Part shown: one piece after another, positions 56,314 through 64,000 of the stretch | Numbering within the stretch: position 1 is the stretch's first letter | How the letters are laid out: every line of letters starts with the position of its first letter | Source: a virus | Lineage: Duplodnaviria > Caudoviricetes | IMG/VR virus record: IMGVR_UViG_651703056_000001 | Coordinates: 50,769 to 114,768 of that record | Strand: one strand, 5' to 3' | DNA: 64,000 nt | Translations under genes and position numbers: made by a program | Notes under the pieces: generated by a model | What the model was told of the DNA's origin: nothing | The model's database searches: none | Seen by the model: only the letters and a program-made list of their open reading frames with translations

Positions 56314-58011
56314 TTATTTAAATCTTTTATAAACAGGTGCTTTGATTTTCATGAAGCCATATGCATCATCATCTGGTTTCTTTCTTTTTCTTTTGCTTTC
56401 TGATTCTTCTAAATAAATCCAATATAAGCCATAAGCAAAAGCAGAGTACCTATCTTTTTGTATTTTTTGAGATACTTGTTTAACAGTACCTGTATTACCA
56501 TTGTTTACATACTCTAAGTTCATGATTTCATCAACTAATCGGTCTGTCTGAATGAATGGCAATAATTTCTCAGCTTCTTTTCTTGGGTCTTTTTCTTTGA
56601 TGCTTGCTTGAATCTTAGACTCAGAAGTTAATATTTTTACGTCATTGTTTGCAAATGTAGCCATAAAGTGATTAATGATGTTTGAGTTTTTAGTACCTTT
56701 CTTTTGAGCAGATACTGCGAAAATCATAGGAATACTATTTGGTTTCTTATACTCAGCGTAGCCTTCATCATTTACAACACTATAAGGAGGGTTATCGTCA
56801 ATTTCACTTGTCAGATAATCGACCAATCCCCAACCCATACCATTGATATCGACACAAAGAATTGTCGCATTAAATTCGTTTACTTTTTGTTTCAAGAACT
56901 TAGCTTGATTCTCAAAGTGACTACCTTGCATTGTGAAGATATTAACTAAATGCTTAGTGTAAGTTCCATCTCCTCTATCCTCAATACGTATTACTGCTAA
57001 AGAACTATTGGCTGTGTTACCAGTTGTTGCTCTAGCTACGTCATAGGATAGAACGAATCTTACATTAGGATTCTTCTTATCTTCACTATTAATTTTCCAC
57101 ATTGGTTTTTCTAAAACACGAGCTTTGCTTATTTCTTCTGCTGAGACTAATGATTTTTCACTAGAACCAGTAAAGACCGACCTGAACTCACGTTCAAATG
57201 AAAGTGGGCTATATGTAGGGTCTTCAAGTTTTTCATTAACATCATCTATATCAAGCGTTCCAAAGTGTGTCCCCATCTCGTAACTTGTTCCAAGAACAAT
57301 TGTTGGTTTACCCTGTTCCATCTCTTCATATAATGCTTTAAACTTATCATAACAATAAGATTGCTTGTGAGAAGCTGTTGTAACATAGGCTTCTGTTTTA
57401 GAATATTCGTTTTCTTTATCAACACCATGACCTACAACGTTACGTGCTTGTGCAAGCATTGGACGGATAACCTCATTAATTGTTTTCGCATCCATACGTT
57501 CGTCAACGATTTCCTCCAAGGTGATTCCTTGTGCACGCAAACCACGTGAACTTTCACCTACCGTAAGAGTATCTAGTGTTGAACCGTTTTTAAATACCAA
57601 TTTAACATAGTCTTTTTCAAATTTACATTTATTGAAGATTAACTCATTTTTAAGTAATGGATAGTCTCTCCAAAATTCTTCAAACTTAGATTTAACTACT
57701 TTTGCAGATTGTTCTTTAGTTGGCATTGCTACCGCCAAGGCATTATTTGGATATAGAATACATTTAACATAATTTGAAAGAAGTTCAATATATGTTTTAG
57801 AAATACCACGACTTGCTACAATTCCAACCCTTTTATATCGAAAGAAAGTTCGCATATAAACTCTTTGGAATGGAAGTAAATCAAACATTGTGGATTCTGT
57901 TTTAATATAATCTATAAATCTGTCTGGATACATTCTGAAATATGAAATCATATCTCTAAAACCATCTTTGACATCTCCAAAATTATCATTAAATTCTTTA
58001 ACTGATAACAT
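56314..58011 (-). CDS. terL: Terminase large subunit
   Basis: LLPFQ Q-motif, ASRGISKT Walker A, RGLR, ITLEE Walker B, SYDVAR, VDINGMG and KDRYSA nuclease motifs. Confidence 0.9.
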   Translation of the reverse strand: MLSVKEFNDNFGDVKDGFRDMISYFRMYPDRFIDYIKTESTMFDLLPFQRVYMRTFFRYKRVGIVASRGISKTYIELLSNYVKCILYPNNALAVAMPTKEQSAKVVKSKFEEFWRDYPLLKNELIFNKCKFEKDYVKLVFKNGSTLDTLTVGESSRGLRAQGITLEEIVDERMDAKTINEVIRPMLAQARNVVGHGVDKENEYSKTEAYVTTASHKQSYCYDKFKALYEEMEQGKPTIVLGTSYEMGTHFGTLDIDDVNEKLEDPTYSPLSFEREFRSVFTGSSEKSLVSAEEISKARVLEKPMWKINSEDKKNPNVRFVLSYDVARATTGNTANSSLAVIRIEDRGDGTYTKHLVNIFTMQGSHFENQAKFLKQKVNEFNATILCVDINGMGWGLVDYLTSEIDDNPPYSVVNDEGYAEYKKPNSIPMIFAVSAQKKGTKNSNIINHFMATFANNDVKILTSESKIQASIKEKDPRKEAEKLLPFIQTDRLVDEIMNLEYVNNGNTGTVKQVSQKIQKDRYSAFAYGLYWIYLEESESKRKRKKPDDDAYGFMKIKAPVYKRFK

Positions 58012-58013
58012 TT

Positions 58014-59042
58014 TTAATTCTCCTCGTCATCAGCTATAATCTCAGGTTCTCCCTCTGATGTATCATGAACACTAAAATCCATATCTTCCGATTTGATTTC
58101 ATCTCTCCAAGCGTGGTCAACTTCAACATCTACTGGTTGGTCAGTAAATCTTTGTGCCCATTGTTTGTATCTCATCAACATAAGGTCAATGTCATCAGGA
58201 TTTGTTTCAACAAGATTTGGTGGAATAAAGCCTGAATCACGTTCAATTTGAGCAACGATTTGACCAAAACTTGTAACACCAGTTTTCTCTGAACTATCCT
58301 TTTCGTCAATAGGTTGAAATCCAGAAACTTTTAATTTATTCTGGAATGATTTATCTAGCTTATCATAATCACTAATATTATCATTACTCAAAGCCCTCTG
58401 CTTCTTGACAGACAAAACAGACAATTCATACAAGAGATTAATAGCACTTGTATTTTCAATAGTGAAATCATTTTTCATGTCAACAAAATATTTCTCTAGT
58501 TCAAGTATTTCGTCATCATCAAAACTTGAATCTTTTCTGAGCCACTTTTTACGTAACTCATCAGTCAACATAATTTTTGTACCATTGTTAGCTAAGATAA
58601 AAACTGTTCCGTCCTCTTGTGAATCAAAGAGTTTATCAAGGTCTTTAGATTCTTTTTCAGTAGCACGTTCTTCTTTATTGAAGGCTAAGTATTCATCTTC
58701 TAATTTAAATTTGTTGTCTTTCTTGACTTCTAAGGTCAACTCTGAGTCTGTGTATGAAAGTTTTTTATATCTTACCTGATTCATAATCTTAAGATACTCT
58801 AAGATTGTTTCTCCTTTGCGTTTAATCGCAGAAGCCCAAGGGGTCTTCATAAGAGGAACATCAACTTCATATAGCAACTTGGCAACATCAACACTAAGGT
58901 CATTGCCGACAACGTTTACAATACATTCGTTACAGAGGTGATAATATCCGTCAGGAAATCTAACATTACTTTTTGTTTGATAGAAATTCTTTAAAGGTTT
59001 TTCTATTTTACAGTTGAAACATTTTTTAGTATCAGCAATCAT
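58014..59042 (-). CDS. Zn-finger protein, putative terminase small subunit
   Basis: N-terminal CFNC...CNEC; directly upstream of terL as in SPbeta-like phages. Confidence 0.55.
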   Translation of the reverse strand: MIADTKKCFNCKIEKPLKNFYQTKSNVRFPDGYYHLCNECIVNVVGNDLSVDVAKLLYEVDVPLMKTPWASAIKRKGETILEYLKIMNQVRYKKLSYTDSELTLEVKKDNKFKLEDEYLAFNKEERATEKESKDLDKLFDSQEDGTVFILANNGTKIMLTDELRKKWLRKDSSFDDDEILELEKYFVDMKNDFTIENTSAINLLYELSVLSVKKQRALSNDNISDYDKLDKSFQNKLKVSGFQPIDEKDSSEKTGVTSFGQIVAQIERDSGFIPPNLVETNPDDIDLMLMRYKQWAQRFTDQPVDVEVDHAWRDEIKSEDMDFSVHDTSEGEPEIIADDEEN

Positions 59043-59064
59043 TAAAAATCCTTTCTAAAATATA

Positions 59065-59102
59065 ATTACCCTCTCATAGTATAAACCTTTTGAGAGGGTA
59101 AT
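59065..59102. terminator. Hairpin/terminator between phosphoesterase and terminase operon
   Basis: attaccctctca...tgagagggtaat 12-bp perfect stem. Confidence 0.65.
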
Positions 59103-59140
59103 CGTGACACTTTTTAATTTTTTTTTAACAAATTAGTCTG

Positions 59141-60388
59141 TTATTTTTCTCGAATGTGTTCTAAGTCAATATTAATTGGTTGTGCACCATGTTCATCAAC
59201 TAAGATTATCATTTGAGAACCATTAGTGTAAAAGCCTAGATTGCGAGAGTAATCATTACTAAAATTAAGGCTTCCACTTGTAAATACTTTACGACCATGA
59301 TTTTCTGTCTCTACTCGGAAGTTGTGAATATGTCCTGTAAGAACATACGAAATCTTTTTATCAAGTGCACTAGAGTATCGAGTGAGCTTCGTAGTTCCTT
59401 GTTTAGAGAGGTCTCCATGTTCCGCTAAGAAAGTATATCCTTTAACTGTAAATGTTCCATGAGTATGTTCATATCCAGATAGGTCATAGTTCAAGTTAGG
59501 GTTGTCAATACTATCAATCAGTGTTGTTAGCATATTTGTAGCCATTTTAGAGTATGAATCTCCATTAAGATTTTCACCCTTTTCACCTAACCGTGAGTGA
59601 TTACCCATGATATTGCCAACATAAGTTACTTTAAACTCTGCTGATAGTTTTGTCATATACTCAAAAATCCATTTAACGTATGTGGCGAACTGGTCTGAAT
59701 TGTGACCCCATGTTGTAGCTGTTGACGTTGGTTTATGCAATAGAGAATTTTCAATTTCATCTCCAAGGTCAAGGATTGTTACATGTTGAACATTAAACAG
59801 TTTGTAATACTTGATTGTTTCTTGAAGAAGATAATCAAGTCTCATTTTCTGAGTTTCTTTTCCCATATCGTCAGTTGAGTTCAAACCAATATGTAAATCT
59901 GACAAAACTGATACTGCTTCCATACCAGAGATTTTTGGTGTTGGAAGTGGTTTGATATTAGGAACATCAATTGAAATGTTAGAGATTGCTTCTACAATCT
60001 CTTCGTGAATAACAAGATTGTCTGTCACATCACGTTTCATTTTGTTCAAAAGTTGTCTTTCTCTTGCAAGCTGTCGTTTAGCCATGTAATTTTCGCCAAT
60101 TACACTCTTAAGAGATTCTAATTTTTTATCAGTAACAAAGTCGACATATTTTTGAGTGCTTGGCAATAATCCACGTTTCTTTTGTTCTGATTTTATGACT
60201 TGACGATATTCTTCTGAATTTTCAGAATTGTAGAAACCCTCACTCTCCATAAGTTTTTTATGTTCTTTCCAGCTACAACGCTGAGAAGGACTAGCATTTT
60301 GAAGTTCTATTTTAATTCGGATAGAAGCCTCAATATGTTCTTCTGAAAGTTCTACTATTTCGCCTTTTCTATTTTCGTATTTTCTCAT
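59141..60388 (-). CDS. Calcineurin-like metallophosphoesterase
   Basis: SDLHIG, LGDEIEN, GNHSR, EHGD and GHIH motifs. Confidence 0.85.
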   Translation of the reverse strand: MRKYENRKGEIVELSEEHIEASIRIKIELQNASPSQRCSWKEHKKLMESEGFYNSENSEEYRQVIKSEQKKRGLLPSTQKYVDFVTDKKLESLKSVIGENYMAKRQLARERQLLNKMKRDVTDNLVIHEEIVEAISNISIDVPNIKPLPTPKISGMEAVSVLSDLHIGLNSTDDMGKETQKMRLDYLLQETIKYYKLFNVQHVTILDLGDEIENSLLHKPTSTATTWGHNSDQFATYVKWIFEYMTKLSAEFKVTYVGNIMGNHSRLGEKGENLNGDSYSKMATNMLTTLIDSIDNPNLNYDLSGYEHTHGTFTVKGYTFLAEHGDLSKQGTTKLTRYSSALDKKISYVLTGHIHNFRVETENHGRKVFTSGSLNFSNDYSRNLGFYTNGSQMIILVDEHGAQPINIDLEHIREK

Positions 60389-60396
60389 TATTTCTA

Positions 60397-61722
60397 TTAA
60401 CCCTCGTCTAATAAATTTGCCATTTGAGCAACGGCTGAACGTTCTGTTTTGTCCAGAGTTACTTGTGCGTAAAGTTCTTGACCAGCAAGCTTTCGCAATG
60501 CGTTCACACCATTATTATATTTAAATTTATCGCTATCGGTTTGTTCGCTATCTCCATTAAACCAGATTTGAGAACCATCGGATACACGACTTAGTAACAA
60601 TTGAATATGTTCACGTGTGTTAGATTGTACTTCTGTCACATAAATAATTGCATTTTTAATATCACGACCACGAATGAAACCTAAATGTTGTACTTCAATT
60701 TTTCCTTGAAGCATCAATTCATCTAAAATAGCCTCATCTCCACCTAGATGGTCAACCATTGGCATTAAAAATGGTTTTAGTTTTTCTTCAAGACTATTCG
60801 GTAAGAATCCAATTGGGTTAGAATCTTTAACCTCAACATTGTTACGAACCCAAATTAGTTTGTCAATTGGACTTGCATCATCCATTACTAATGAAAGGGC
60901 TTGACCCAACATTAGGTAATCTTTACCAGCACCAAATGTCCCAAAGAGTGCCTTAACTTTAGTCTCAGGGTCTTTAAGCATGTCGACTGCACAACGCTGA
61001 CGGACGTTACGTGGCTTAATATTTTCTTGATACCCTTTAATCATAGGTGTTCCAATTCGCTGAAATCCGTCTTTAGAGTTATATTTAAATAGCCCAACGT
61101 CTTTATATCCAACATGTTCACCTTTACTATTATATGTCTCTTGTGCTTTGTCAAGAAAAACAATGTACTCATTCTCTTCAAATGGTGTATCTTTTGGTAC
61201 AGTATAATCTTTATTGGCTGTTGACTTATAAATCTCTGTTTCAATGTGGTCTAGTAGCAGTTCTCCACTACCACTATTTTCATCATTGATAAAGATATTT
61301 CTAACCCCCTCATAAATAGTTTTATCTTTCTCACCGAGACTAGGAATTATAACTGGAATACCCAACCCCGTTGCCTTAAGATACATTAGAACATCATTTG
61401 TGATGATTCCATACCCTTTTTCTTCTGCAAATGAGATAATTACATTGTCAGCATAGCTATCTGTATACTCTGTTGTATTTTTGACAGATGTGATATCAAA
61501 GATATCTCCATTATTCTCTTTTACATAATTCAATAAGATTCGTTTAACATTCCGAATACCATACTGTAATACTTGATTTGACTTTTTGAGTTCTAGGTCT
61601 TCAATTTCTTTGAGAACAATGCTTGGAATTACAACGTCATATTTATCAAGCAAGTTTGGGTCATTCAATACAGCATTAGTGTCAATAACGTATTTAATCT
61701 TTTTGTCCATATTCATCCTCAA
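60397..61722 (-). CDS. phoH: PIN-domain + PhoH-family ATPase (PhoH2/YlaK-like)
   Basis: PIN motifs VIDTN, EID, AD..I and ITND; PhoH motifs GTFGAGKD, IGFLP, IRGR and GD.EQ.D. Confidence 0.88.
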   Translation of the reverse strand: MRMNMDKKIKYVIDTNAVLNDPNLLDKYDVVIPSIVLKEIEDLELKKSNQVLQYGIRNVKRILLNYVKENNGDIFDITSVKNTTEYTDSYADNVIISFAEEKGYGIITNDVLMYLKATGLGIPVIIPSLGEKDKTIYEGVRNIFINDENSGSGELLLDHIETEIYKSTANKDYTVPKDTPFEENEYIVFLDKAQETYNSKGEHVGYKDVGLFKYNSKDGFQRIGTPMIKGYQENIKPRNVRQRCAVDMLKDPETKVKALFGTFGAGKDYLMLGQALSLVMDDASPIDKLIWVRNNVEVKDSNPIGFLPNSLEEKLKPFLMPMVDHLGGDEAILDELMLQGKIEVQHLGFIRGRDIKNAIIYVTEVQSNTREHIQLLLSRVSDGSQIWFNGDSEQTDSDKFKYNNGVNALRKLAGQELYAQVTLDKTERSAVAQMANLLDEG

Positions 61723-62062
61723 ATTTTTCTATTTCAGCAATAAGTTCTAAATCTTCTTTACGTTGCTTTACATTACGTTTGAATTTGTCAGCAGGCTTAT
61801 ATTGAATGCGATAATAGTCGTCAAACACCTTACTCTCTCTGGCTGTTACATCATAAAAACTAAACCCTTTAATTAATTTTGTCTTTAGTACCATGACATT
61901 CTTCCAGCGGAACTCTCCTGTCTCACGTAACTTGGTTGACATATGTCTTTCAAAAGCACTAATAACAGCCTTAACATCTTTCTGTGTTATTCCTAACTCT
62001 CGAAGTTCATCATCTTCCCAAATTTCCTGAGACAGCGTTCTGTAGTAATTTTTTTTACTCAT
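61694..62062 (-). CDS. HU/IHF-like DNA-binding protein
   Basis: ITQKDVKAVISAF...GEFRW..V...YKPADKFKR resembles the HU fold. Confidence 0.6.
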   Translation of the reverse strand: MSKKNYYRTLSQEIWEDDELRELGITQKDVKAVISAFERHMSTKLRETGEFRWKNVMVLKTKLIKGFSFYDVTARESKVFDDYYRIQYKPADKFKRNVKQRKEDLELIAEIEKFEDEYGQKD

Positions 62063-62322
62063 AACACGTCATCCTCTACAATCATAAGTTTTGTTATAGG
62101 TTTATTCTTTTCATTCAAAAATACAAGATTGAGATTATCTCTGTCTATAAAAACTTTTACAATACTCATTTCTGATTCATTTGTAAAATCTTCTGTATTC
62201 TTGTAAGAATTAAATACTCGATACTCTTCAACTAAAGGACTAATCTTAAAGTGAATACCTCTTGTTGTAAAAATATTGTCTGCATCAACAATGCACTCTT
62301 CTAAAAATTTTAAATTATTCAA
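62059..62322 (-). CDS. Hypothetical protein
   Basis: Coupled ORF in the operon. Confidence 0.55.
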   Translation of the reverse strand: MNNLKFLEECIVDADNIFTTRGIHFKISPLVEEYRVFNSYKNTEDFTNESEMSIVKVFIDRDNLNLVFLNEKNKPITKLMIVEDDVL

Positions 62323-62651
62323 TCTTCTAAACTATCCTCAATTCCATATTTTATTAATTCCTCCATAGATAAATCTGTAAAAGGAATATTTTTTTTGTCA
62401 TATCCATTCATTTTCATACTTTTCTTTCTGTGTATGATTGAATTATCTCCACGTTTATCTTCTTTATCTATGAACCAAATGATATAATTTGAGCATCCAT
62501 TTAAGAAGAATTTAACTTGAGAACTATCCATATTATCCATAATTATTTCATCGTTTTTTGAAATCAACTCATCTACCAGTGTGAGTCTTTGATTAAGACT
62601 ATCGAAATCTGGTAATTTAATTTCTTCACCGCTAGGTAATTTTAATTTCAT
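62319..62651 (-). CDS. Hypothetical protein
   Basis: AAGGA RBS; coupled ORF. Confidence 0.6.
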   Translation of the reverse strand: MKLKLPSGEEIKLPDFDSLNQRLTLVDELISKNDEIIMDNMDSSQVKFFLNGCSNYIIWFIDKEDKRGDNSIIHRKKSMKMNGYDKKNIPFTDLSMEELIKYGIEDSLED

Positions 62652-63036
62652 TGTTTTCCTTTTTATCCTTTACTGCAACAGAATTTATCTTGAGAGATAT
62701 TCTTGATAATGATTTAAAAATTCCAGAATTTCCTAATTTTAATTCTCTAGATATTTCTTTGATACTGCACCCCTCAAATAACATATTAATCAATTTGGAG
62801 TTCTTCTTGTTGAAGTTACAAACCTCAATATATTCATCTAATTTAGAATAGATATCATCAACATAATCAACAAGTTCTATGTTAAATTCCCTGTTTTCGA
62901 AAGATAGAAACTTTGAACGTTGTTGATATGTTACTGCTTCAATAATTGTCTGTTTGTTCAAGATAACATTACGAACAATATCATAATTAGTGAAATCAAT
63001 GTCGTGTTCTAAAAAATCATTAATTCCTGTATTTAT
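62632..63036 (-). CDS. Putative transcription regulator with C-terminal sigma region-4/LuxR-like HTH; start uncertain (possibly ATA)
   Basis: MLFEGCSIKEISRELKLGNSGIFKSLSRI HTH pattern; first gene behind the promoter at 63071-63099. Confidence 0.55.
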   Translation of the reverse strand: MNTGINDFLEHDIDFTNYDIVRNVILNKQTIIEAVTYQQRSKFLSFENREFNIELVDYVDDIYSKLDEYIEVCNFNKKNSKLINMLFEGCSIKEISRELKLGNSGIFKSLSRISLKINSVAVKDKKENNEIKIT

Positions 63037-63070
63037 TTCTATGCCCTCTTTTCTAATTAGTATACTATAT

Positions 63071-63099
63071 ATTATACCATTTTTAGCCAAAAAAGTCAA
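63071..63099 (-). promoter_or_regulatory. Leftward sigma70 promoter heading the minus-strand arm
   Basis: Minus strand TTGACT-17-TATAAT with TG. Confidence 0.8.
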
Positions 63100-63107
63100 G
63101 TATAATA

Positions 63108-63136
63108 TTGTATTTTTTATAGTTTTCTACTATAAT
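63108..63136 (+). promoter_or_regulatory. Rightward promoter candidate into the non-coding region
   Basis: TTGTAT-17-TATAAT, back to back with the leftward promoter. Confidence 0.5.
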
Positions 63137-63336
63137 ATAATCAAGTTTTCAAAGCTTGAAAAGCTGTGAGCTATCGCTCACTCTGTCGCTTTTCTGGCGC
63201 TTTCTACTCATGGAACAGTCCGAGCCTGTTCCATTTCGTAGGACGGTTATAGCTACTCTTTAAATTATTTTAAAAGGGACTTAGTTCTCCTGTTATATAT
63301 TCTAAAAAAAAAAAATAATAAATGTATAATTTGTAC

Positions 63337-63365
63337 TTGACATTGATAAAATATTATGGTATAAT
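63337..63365 (+). promoter_or_regulatory. Consensus sigma70 promoter with no downstream ORF
   Basis: TTGACA-17-TATAAT with TG and an upstream A-tract. Confidence 0.8.
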
Positions 63366-63407
63366 TATATATATATAAAAATAATATAAAAATAAACCAG
63401 GATAAGG

Positions 63408-63504
63408 GGATAACGGTGGTCTCCGTTGTAAAATAAAACTTGATGAGGATAACGGTGGTCTCCGTTGTAAAATAACAATAAAACAGGATAATGGTGGTCT
63501 CCAT
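63408..63504 (+). repeat. Three hairpin repeats with an exact 39-bp period
   Basis: ggataacggtggtctccgttgtaaaataa at 63408 and 63447; variant ggataatggtggtctccat at 63486. Confidence 0.9.
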
Positions 63505-64000
63505 AATCTTACTCGGCTCAGTGAGAGTGTGTAAGCTGTTAAGTACAAGCAGAAAAAGACAAAGTACTATCCTTTTTCTTGAACGAGCTAGGCTCGTGAA
63601 AGGAAAAGACGACGCCAGAAAAGCGCCCAAGTGAACGCAGTTCACAGCTTTTCAAGTCGCAAAGAAATAAAATTGAATATGTTGTATTCTTACCTGATGA
63701 TTACAACAGTATGTATATGAAATTCGGCTGAGTAAGTATCGAAAAGTAATGAGTTAGGAAGAATAACATCTATTTGTCTTTTTAAGTTGTAATGTAAGTT
63801 ACTGTAACCACGAAAGCAGAACGCCCCCTGCATTACGGAAAAAGTTATTCCACCGTTAATCGAAGGTGTCAGGCATGAAGTCGATTTGAGTATATAGGAT
63901 AGATACGAGAGAGGTCTATTATTCTTATATACAATAGGGGGGGGAAAAGACCGTTTTCCAACTTTCAAAATTACACCCCCGAAAGGTCCGTTTTTTCAAA

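Larger units (their letters stand above)
63155..63656. repeat. Long-range inverted repeat: ~45-nt element at 63155-63199 and its inverted copy at 63613-63656
   Basis: cttgaaaagctgtgagctatcgctcactctgtcgcttttctggcg versus the reverse complement cttgaaaagctgtgaactgcgttcacttgggcgcttttctggcg. Confidence 0.85.

Noticed and set aside
26540-58779. Numerous plus-strand ORFs antisense to structural genes
   Set aside because: They are shadow ORFs of long minus-strand genes without RBS or recognisable motifs.
63408-63504. Mini CRISPR array
   Set aside because: The 29-bp hairpin repeat is CRISPR-like, but the spacers are only 10 nt and no cas genes are present. Kept as a repeat array of unknown function.
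63265-63968. Minus-strand ORFs 63265-63645, 63354-63548 and 63690-63968 as proteins
   Set aside because: No convincing RBS; their low-complexity translations merely reflect the DNA repeats and AT tract.
1-64000. tRNA or rRNA genes
   Set aside because: No cloverleaf with a T-loop GTTCRA and acceptor stem was recognised in the intergenic gaps; tRNAscan-SE would be needed to exclude them fully.

Overview
This window is a 64-kb, AT-rich segment of a large lytic-type siphophage of Firmicutes. Its gene content and layout resemble SPbeta, and the 3276-aa tape measure protein and lactococcal-type host-specificity modules point to the Lactococcus 949 group. The left ~24.5 kb (+ strand) is a replication and nucleotide-metabolism arm. 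It encodes type IIA topoisomerase B/A, a Dam-like MTase, NDT plus PnuC, NrdD/NrdG, NrdH/NrdI, guanylate kinase, dUTPase, an S8 protease and DnaE, driven by many near-consensus sigma70 promoters. The right ~38.5 kb (- strand) runs from a putative regulator, PhoH and a phosphoesterase through terminase, portal, capsid, tail, a tyrosine recombinase, TMP, Dit, Tal/RBP, holin and RuvC. Highlights: (1) nrdD carries a 320-nt group I intron at the MG|CRS thiyl cysteine and an intein next to the glycyl-radical glycine, and DnaE has a second intein. (2) An in-frame NrdE(N-terminal)-TrxB chimera is joined at a shared GGGVA microhomology, and no nrdF is present. (3) A highly organised ORF-free locus at 63.1-64.0 kb contains an AT-rich tract, three hairpin repeats at an exact 39-bp period, two inverted copies of a covarying hairpin element and three promoters; it is a candidate origin and/or structured ncRNA system. 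(4) A distinct TTTGCAYTTGCGC promoter class occurs in the tail module. (5) GATC appears strongly avoided. All calls come from reading the sequence and ORF track by eye; no database searches were run.
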